Shown here piece after piece: positions 58,142-64,000 of a stretch of 64,000 bases of DNA; the stretch's first letter is position 1; the number at the start of each line of letters is the position of its first letter. The stretch covers positions 1,721,275-1,785,274 of the forward strand of contig CAWCLJ010000004.1 in NCBI GenBank assembly GCA_963796365.1. The letters are read 5' to 3'. The stretch comes from an uncultured Chloroflexia bacterium. GTDB lineage: Bacteria > Chloroflexota > Dehalococcoidia > Dehalococcoidales > RBG-16-60-22. The position numbers and the translations under genes were made by a program. Below the pieces are notes generated by a model. The model was not told the origin of the DNA. It did not search any database and saw only the letters and a program-made list of their open reading frames with translations.

Positions 58142-59333
58142 TTGCCTCGGGAGGTAATTTCCATGACCATGAAAATTGATATGGAAAACCAGGTCTACCG
58201 TGATTTGCAAAAACATCTGGATAAAGGGCCGGTCGGGTTTCCCGCCACCAAATCCGGGGTTGAAATCCGCATGCTTAAGTTTTTCTATTCCCCGGAAGAA
58301 GCCGGGATTGCCGCGATGCTTTCCCCGCATAAACTGGAACCGGTCGGCCGTATATTGAAACGCGCGCGCAGGCATGGCCTTAATCTTACCCGGGAGGAAC
58401 TGCAAAAGAAACTGGACACGATGTTCCAGAAAGGCACGCTGCTCGTCTATACGGACGGCTTTAAAGAGAAGCATTATAAGAACGCCGGTTTTACCGCCGG
58501 CGGCACGCTGGACTTTGCGGTAGGGCGGATTACCCCGGAAATCGAGGAAGTGCATGAGCAATATGTTAAAGAAGCCTTTGCCAGGGTAGAAGTAGGCGCA
58601 AAAAACATCCCGCAGCTCCGCACGGTTCCGGTGGCAAAAAGTATCCCCACCGCCGGAAAAATCCGCCTCGGCAGCTATGATGACGTCCGTCACCTTGTCG
58701 AGCAGGCGCCCGGCCCAATGGCGGTCGCTAAATGTGTTTGCCGCCTGGGCGCGGAAAAGCGCGGCAATCCGTGCTCGAAGAGCCCCATCCGTGAGACCTG
58801 TTTGCAAATCGGCGCCGACCACGCCCGCCAATACGTGGAGATGGGCATCGGGCGCTATGTGACGAAAGAGGAGGTCTTTAAGATGCTGGATGCTGCCCGG
58901 GGGCCGGGTTTATCCTTCAGCCGGAGAATTCGAAGCACCCGGAGGCCATTTGCTGCTGTTGCGGCGATTGCTGCGCCATTTTGAAATCAGTGAAGATGAC
59001 GCCTAAATGGTCGGACCATTTTGCCACTAATTATTATGCAATTGTCGATACGGGCGTCTGTACCGGCTGCGGGACCTGCGTGAAACGCTGCCAGATGGAT
59101 GCCAGGGTCATTGTAAACGGAAAAGCCGTCATCACAACCTGGACCACTGCATCGGCTGCGGCAATTGCGTGACAACCTGTCCTTCTCATGCCAGCAGCAT
59201 GCGGCTTAAAGAGAAGCAATTGGTGCCGCCGGAGACCAAGGACGATACATTCATGAAGATTTATACCCGGCGGGTAGGCTTCCGGAAAGCTTTTACCGCC
59301 AGAATCAAGATGATGCTGGGGATGGATTTATAA
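58142..59333 (+). pseudogene. 4Fe-4S cluster protein, two frameshifts
   Basis: Three frames join to ...KEEVFKMLDAAR / AGFILQPENSKHPEAICCCCGDCCAILKS...VCTGCGTCVKRCQMDARVIVNGKAVI / NLDHCIGCGNCVTTCPSHA...MMLGMDL*. Shifts are near 58897-58907 (CCCGGGGGCCGGG) and about 59135. Confidence 0.65.
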
Positions 59334-62300
59334 TACTTAAATCCATGGCCATCGGCATGGTAAAATAAAAAGTAGAGCCTTTGCCTAAAACGGATTCCAC
59401 CCAGATTTTCCCGCCGTGGGCTTCCACCAGGCGTTTACAGACCAGCAGCCCCAGTCCCAGCCCCGGCTGCGTCGTGGAGGTTTCCGCCAGGCGCTCAAAG
59501 GACTGGAATAGCTTTGACTGGTCCTCCGCAGAGATTCCCCTCCCCTGGTCGCTGACGCTCACTAATATATTGCCGTTTTCTCTTCTGCCGGATATCATGA
59601 TTTCAGTTCCATCCGGTGAATACTTAACCGCATTGTCTATCAGGTTATTGATAATATGCTTTATCCTGGTGCTATCGGCTTCAACTTTAGGAAGTCCCGT
59701 TTCAATTTTCCAGACGAGTCGATGGTTGCCAATATTCGGCTCCCGTTTCTTGACTACTTCCGCTATGGCGGTCTCGATATCGAGGCTGCTCCGGTTAAGC
59801 CGCAGCCGGTCAGCCTGGTACCGGGAAAGCTCGACCAGGTTATCCAGCAGGTGTGACAGTGCTATTGCCCCGGAATCGGCATCTTTTAATAGGTCCTGGA
59901 CCTCTTCCAGCGTCAGCCCTTTGCTCATGGCTACCTTTATTGCCCCGATGACCACGGTAAGCGGAGTCTTTAGTTCATGAGACACCATGCCGAGGAACTC
60001 ATCTTTTAACTCATCGGCTTTCTTGCGTTCGGTAACATCTCGGATATTGATGTCCCTGTATAAAGGCTGCCCGGAGCCATCATTAATTATCGACATATGA
60101 TTGGAGACCCAGACCCAATCCCCGTTCTTTTTGTGCTGCCGGTATTCCGCGTTTGCTGCTCCCGTTTCCAGCGAGCGCTCATGCGCTGTTTGCAGTATCT
60201 TTACATCATCCGGGTGTACCATTGCTATGGCGGCTTTAAGGTCCATTTTTACAAATTCATCCGGAGTATAGCCTACCAGCGCTTGGCATGATGGGCTGAC
60301 ATATTCATATGTCCCGGTCTGCAGGTTAAAACGGATTATCACATCTCTTGAATTATCCAGTACGGAACGGAACTGTGTTTCACTTTCACGTAATGCTACT
60401 TCGGTCTTTCTGCGCCCCATGGCGGCGGATATCCGGTCGGCGATGGTTTTCATTAAGTCCAGCTCTTCATCTGTAAAATGCGTGCGGGACCGGCTGCCGA
60501 AAAACAGCGTACCGGTTGCCTCGTTGCCTATCAGCAGCGGGTGGCAGGCAAAAGCCTGTACCCCATAGCCGCGTACGAGATTGACTAACTCATCGCCGTT
60601 ATAGTGTACATCTTCCGAGACTATCCGTTTACCGGTTTGAGCAACGGAGCCGCAGATGGTAAACCCGAGGTCCAGCCATTCTATCTTATGGGCTTCATTA
60701 TCCGGTATACCGGCATATGCATTTAGTTTCAGACGCCCCTTTTTTTCATCAAGGATGTAATTGAAAAAAATCTGGCAATCCAGGTGTTTCATGACCCCGT
60801 CGGCGATTGCCTGAATGACGCTTTCCGGTTCCGGTACGGTTAACAATAAGGCATTGGCTTCCGCGAGTATCTGGTATCTTTGACGTCTTATCAATAGAGC
60901 TTCTTCTGCTTTCTTGCGTTCCGTGATGTCCCGGGTAATTCCCCGGAAACCGGCGATTTTGCCTCCGCTATTAAAAAACGGTATCGCACTTATCTCAATG
61001 TCAACCGGTTCGCCCTTATTATTGAAGGCTGTATCCTCTTTACGGAATGAGTTCGGATTGTTCGTCAAATCCATAAAGAATTTCTTATTTTCCGCTCCTT
61101 TTTCCGGCGGCATTAATTCGAAAGCATTTTTCCCTATCACCCCCTCCCGTGAATGCCCCCACAACTTTTCCATCTGCGGGCTGCAATAGGTATACTTACC
61201 TGTAGTATCCATCTCCCAGATAAAATCGCTGGTGCTCTCCACAAGTGATTGGTATTTCTGCTGACTTTCTCTTAGGTCTTCCTCTACCTTTTTACTCTCA
61301 TCGATGTTGCGGAGATTGCTGTTCCTGAATAACGGTTTGCCCGAATCATCATAAGTAATGGTCATGCGGTTCGATACCCAGAAATAGCCTCCGTTTTTCT
61401 TCCGCTGGCGGTATTCAACTTCAGCTTTTCCCGTCTTTTCCGCTAAAAGATGCGCCGCATCCAATGAAGCCATATCATCCGGGTGGGTCAAAGAACGCAA
61501 CGTGGGGACATCCATATTAATAAATTCTTCCGTGGTATATCCTGAAAACTCTTGCCAGGACGGGCTTAAGTATATGACTCGCTTGGTCTGCACGTTGAAA
61601 CGTATGATTACGTCCACGGAATTTTCCAGCACCGTGCGGAACCTGGCTTCGTTTTCTCTCAAGGCCTGGTCTGCTTTTTTGCTTTTATCGATATTGGTGA
61701 TATTGCTCTGCCGGTAAAGCGGCCGGCCGTTTTCGTCATTGATGGCGGACATGCGGTTGGAAACCCAGAAATATTCTCCATTTTTCTTCCGCTGGCGGTA
61801 TTCCGCCTCCGCTTTTCCTTCTTTTTCGGCACGCTTGTGTGCCTCTCTAACTAACGGTAAATCTTCCGGATGGACCAGTGTCCCGGCGGTTGATTCACTC
61901 ATGTTCATAAATTCATCCAGGGTATAACCGGTTAAGTCTTCAAATGACGGACTAACGTATTCGTGGTGTAATGTTTGCAGGTTATATCTCGTGATGATAT
62001 CTCTCGAGCTTCCGAGAACGGACCGGAATTTAGATTCGCTTTCCAGCACGGCTGCTTCATACTGTTTGCGTTGGATGGCGCCGGCTATCCGGTCCGCAAT
62101 TGTCTTTATCAGGTCCAGTTCATCTTCATCAAAACTGACACGTGATTTGCTGCCGAAGCCAAGGGTACCGATGGTTTTATTATCTATTTTCAAAGGATAA
62201 CAGGCATATGCCTGCTCCCCGAGATTTCGGAGGAAACGGGCGCGGTCATCGCCGTTATGCTGAATATCTTCCGAGATTATCGGTTTACCGTCCCGGGCAA

Positions 62301-63804
62301 CACAACCGCAGATTGCCTGGCCCAGTTTCAGCCATTGAATTTTCCCGGCTTCTTCAGCGGATAATCCCGTATAAGCATTCAATTTTATACGGCCGGTATT
62401 TTTTTCCAGGATATAGTTAATGAATGTCTCACATTCAAGGTGTTCCAAGACCCCGGCAGCGATGAGGTGGACCGAGTTTTCCGGCACCCTTTCCGTCAGC
62501 AAAACGGCATTCGCATCGGCGAGGATTTTGTTTTTTTCCTGGCTTAACAGTAGAGCTTCTTCGGTTTTTTTTAGCTCCGTAATATCGTGGGCGACCCCTT
62601 GGGCGCCCTTCGGCGCACCTTTTTCATCCCTGGTGAATCTGACATCCAGGAGGACCGATAATATCCGGCCGTCTTTAGTACGGATTCTATATTCGGTAAC
62701 AGCAGCCGGAACCTCTCCTTTTAGCCAGGCTGCCATTCTGCCGCGGAGTTTTTCTTTTCCCGCATCGTCCATGAGTTCCGAAGGAGCCAGCTTTAGAAGC
62801 TCTTCACGGGAATAGCCGGTGATACGGGTCATAGCATCATTAACAGAGATAAATTTTTGCGTCCTGAAATCTAACTCATAGATGCCGGAAGGCGCCGTAG
62901 GGACCAGTTCCGTATATTTTTCTTCCGTTTCTTTTAGCCTGGCCTGCGTGTCTGACAAAAGAGTTATCATGGAACCGGTAGTAGAGATGCCGTTTTTTTT
63001 TGCCTTTATCCCGGCTTCCTGCCGCAACGCCAGGGCGGTAACAGCCAGATATACACCGCTAAGATATTGCAGACTACGTCCTGCCCAACCGAGTACCGAG
63101 CCTACCGAGGGCTGCAAAAGGATCCCGACAATTCCGGCAGCAAAGGAGCCGAGCGACAGGCTGTACCAGTATATAAAACTTGAATTGGTTTTGAGTGATG
63201 TTCCGTAATAAATAAGCGCCGTGATTAAAAAGAGCGCCGCGCCTGTACCGATAACTATCTGCCTAACGATACTAAAACCATTGACCAGAACAAAAGGGGT
63301 TATCCAGCTCTTTACGGCAGATGTGACCAGGATTGCAAATAAAAACAGGATGGTGGCGTAACAGACCAATACCAATATTCTTGCCCGGCTGCTGATTCCG
63401 TTAGGGCTGATGATGTTTTGATAAATTTGTGAAATTAGCAAAATTACCCCGGAACCCAGGACACTGATATTGTAAACCGTAACCCCGGCATTTCTATTAA
63501 TGTTCTCAATTAGCACAGGACTCGTGCATGCGGCAACGCCTATTAAAAGCTGCGCCGTACCTAAAAATAGAAGATACCATCGCCCGGTACGGATAAATGT
63601 GTATCCCATCGTCCCGGCAACTACAAATGAAATTAAGCTTATGAACGTAATATTAAGAATAGTGTTAAGACGAGCGTGTTCATAGCTGCCGGCCGGCGCA
63701 ACGGCATAAATAAAGATGACCGCTGCGATGCAGAGAAACAGCAATACTAATGCCGGGCGTTTAAGGCTTTCCAAAGCCAGTACCTCTTTCCTGACGAGCA
63801 ACAA
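59305..63804 (-). CDS. multi-sensor histidine kinase (TM sensor + PAS/GAF arrays + HisKA + HATPase_c)
   Basis: 1499 aa. About 8 N-terminal TM helices, alternating PAS and GAF modules, [14 protein letters not shown]-box, DNAVKYSP and [24 protein letters not shown] ATPase motifs. No receiver domain. TTG start is uncertain. Confidence 0.85.
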   Translation of the reverse strand: MLLVRKEVLALESLKRPALVLLFLCIAAVIFIYAVAPAGSYEHARLNTILNITFISLISFVVAGTMGYTFIRTGRWYLLFLGTAQLLIGVAACTSPVLIENINRNAGVTVYNISVLGSGVILLISQIYQNIISPNGISSRARILVLVCYATILFLFAILVTSAVKSWITPFVLVNGFSIVRQIVIGTGAALFLITALIYYGTSLKTNSSFIYWYSLSLGSFAAGIVGILLQPSVGSVLGWAGRSLQYLSGVYLAVTALALRQEAGIKAKKNGISTTGSMITLLSDTQARLKETEEKYTELVPTAPSGIYELDFRTQKFISVNDAMTRITGYSREELLKLAPSELMDDAGKEKLRGRMAAWLKGEVPAAVTEYRIRTKDGRILSVLLDVRFTRDEKGAPKGAQGVAHDITELKKTEEALLLSQEKNKILADANAVLLTERVPENSVHLIAAGVLEHLECETFINYILEKNTGRIKLNAYTGLSAEEAGKIQWLKLGQAICGCVARDGKPIISEDIQHNGDDRARFLRNLGEQAYACYPLKIDNKTIGTLGFGSKSRVSFDEDELDLIKTIADRIAGAIQRKQYEAAVLESESKFRSVLGSSRDIITRYNLQTLHHEYVSPSFEDLTGYTLDEFMNMSESTAGTLVHPEDLPLVREAHKRAEKEGKAEAEYRQRKKNGEYFWVSNRMSAINDENGRPLYRQSNITNIDKSKKADQALRENEARFRTVLENSVDVIIRFNVQTKRVIYLSPSWQEFSGYTTEEFINMDVPTLRSLTHPDDMASLDAAHLLAEKTGKAEVEYRQRKKNGGYFWVSNRMTITYDDSGKPLFRNSNLRNIDESKKVEEDLRESQQKYQSLVESTSDFIWEMDTTGKYTYCSPQMEKLWGHSREGVIGKNAFELMPPEKGAENKKFFMDLTNNPNSFRKEDTAFNNKGEPVDIEISAIPFFNSGGKIAGFRGITRDITERKKAEEALLIRRQRYQILAEANALLLTVPEPESVIQAIADGVMKHLDCQIFFNYILDEKKGRLKLNAYAGIPDNEAHKIEWLDLGFTICGSVAQTGKRIVSEDVHYNGDELVNLVRGYGVQAFACHPLLIGNEATGTLFFGSRSRTHFTDEELDLMKTIADRISAAMGRRKTEVALRESETQFRSVLDNSRDVIIRFNLQTGTYEYVSPSCQALVGYTPDEFVKMDLKAAIAMVHPDDVKILQTAHERSLETGAANAEYRQHKKNGDWVWVSNHMSIINDGSGQPLYRDINIRDVTERKKADELKDEFLGMVSHELKTPLTVVIGAIKVAMSKGLTLEEVQDLLKDADSGAIALSHLLDNLVELSRYQADRLRLNRSSLDIETAIAEVVKKREPNIGNHRLVWKIETGLPKVEADSTRIKHIINNLIDNAVKYSPDGTEIMISGRRENGNILVSVSDQGRGISAEDQSKLFQSFERLAETSTTQPGLGLGLLVCKRLVEAHGGKIWVESVLGKGSTFYFTMPMAMDLSIINPSPASS

Positions 63805-64000
63805 CCTGCATTATACAAAAATGACCGGTTTCCCGCCATGAGGTATATATCATATTTTAGAGTTAGGACTAAAAAATAATATTACATTTTTATAACATTT
63901 TTAAAACATTTTTAAAAAATAGGTAATAACGTAAACAGTGAAAAAAGATAATACAATGTTAATAATGAAAACTCAGTCTATTTAGATTGAGTTATTTATT

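Noticed and set aside
58103-58831. 242-aa minus-strand ORF.
   Set aside because: It is antisense to the motif-bearing Fe-S protein gene, and its composition is R/G/F-rich junk.

Overview
64 kb of bacterial chromosome, mostly minus-strand genes. The groES-groEL flavour and the repeat content suggest Chloroflexota/Dehalococcoidia, but that is inference only. Recognisable content: a groES-groEL operon with a perfect CIRCE operator; two MFS transporters; six SDR oxidoreductases; two MBL-fold hydrolases; a GAF/HD-GYP protein; an M16 peptidase; MTAP plus a MetE-like protein; a 1499-aa multi-PAS/GAF histidine kinase; a 1197-aa surface metalloprotease/adhesin; and a 1068-aa STAND-TPR-SARP regulator. 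The most notable region is about 49.4-59.3 kb. Two diverged paralogous genes there are each split by a single in-frame TGA at the same aligned position (GV[AG]G-U-xGC). Each TGA is followed by a SECIS-like hairpin and more than 400 intact codons, so I read them as GrdB-like selenoproteins fused to a large domain I cannot name. They sit in a duplicated selenoprotein+SDR module next to a cyclase/amidohydrolase, another SDR, an alpha/beta hydrolase and a frameshifted Fe-S protein. The window also shows clustered gene decay: a peptide ABC-transporter operon with at least 6 frameshifts and no ATPase genes, an enolase-superfamily gene with an in-frame TAG, and a RAYT and an integrase remnant each with an in-frame TGA. 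A low-GC island (about 1.6-7.9 kb) holds mobile-element remnants and two tRNA/tmRNA-3'-end-like direct repeats. Intergenic space is packed with several families of palindromic 'word' repeats, including inverted copies flanking a GIY-YIG nuclease gene and REP hairpins flanking the RAYT. I found no rRNA, intact tRNA or CRISPR array. All family assignments come from motif recognition by eye; no searches were run.
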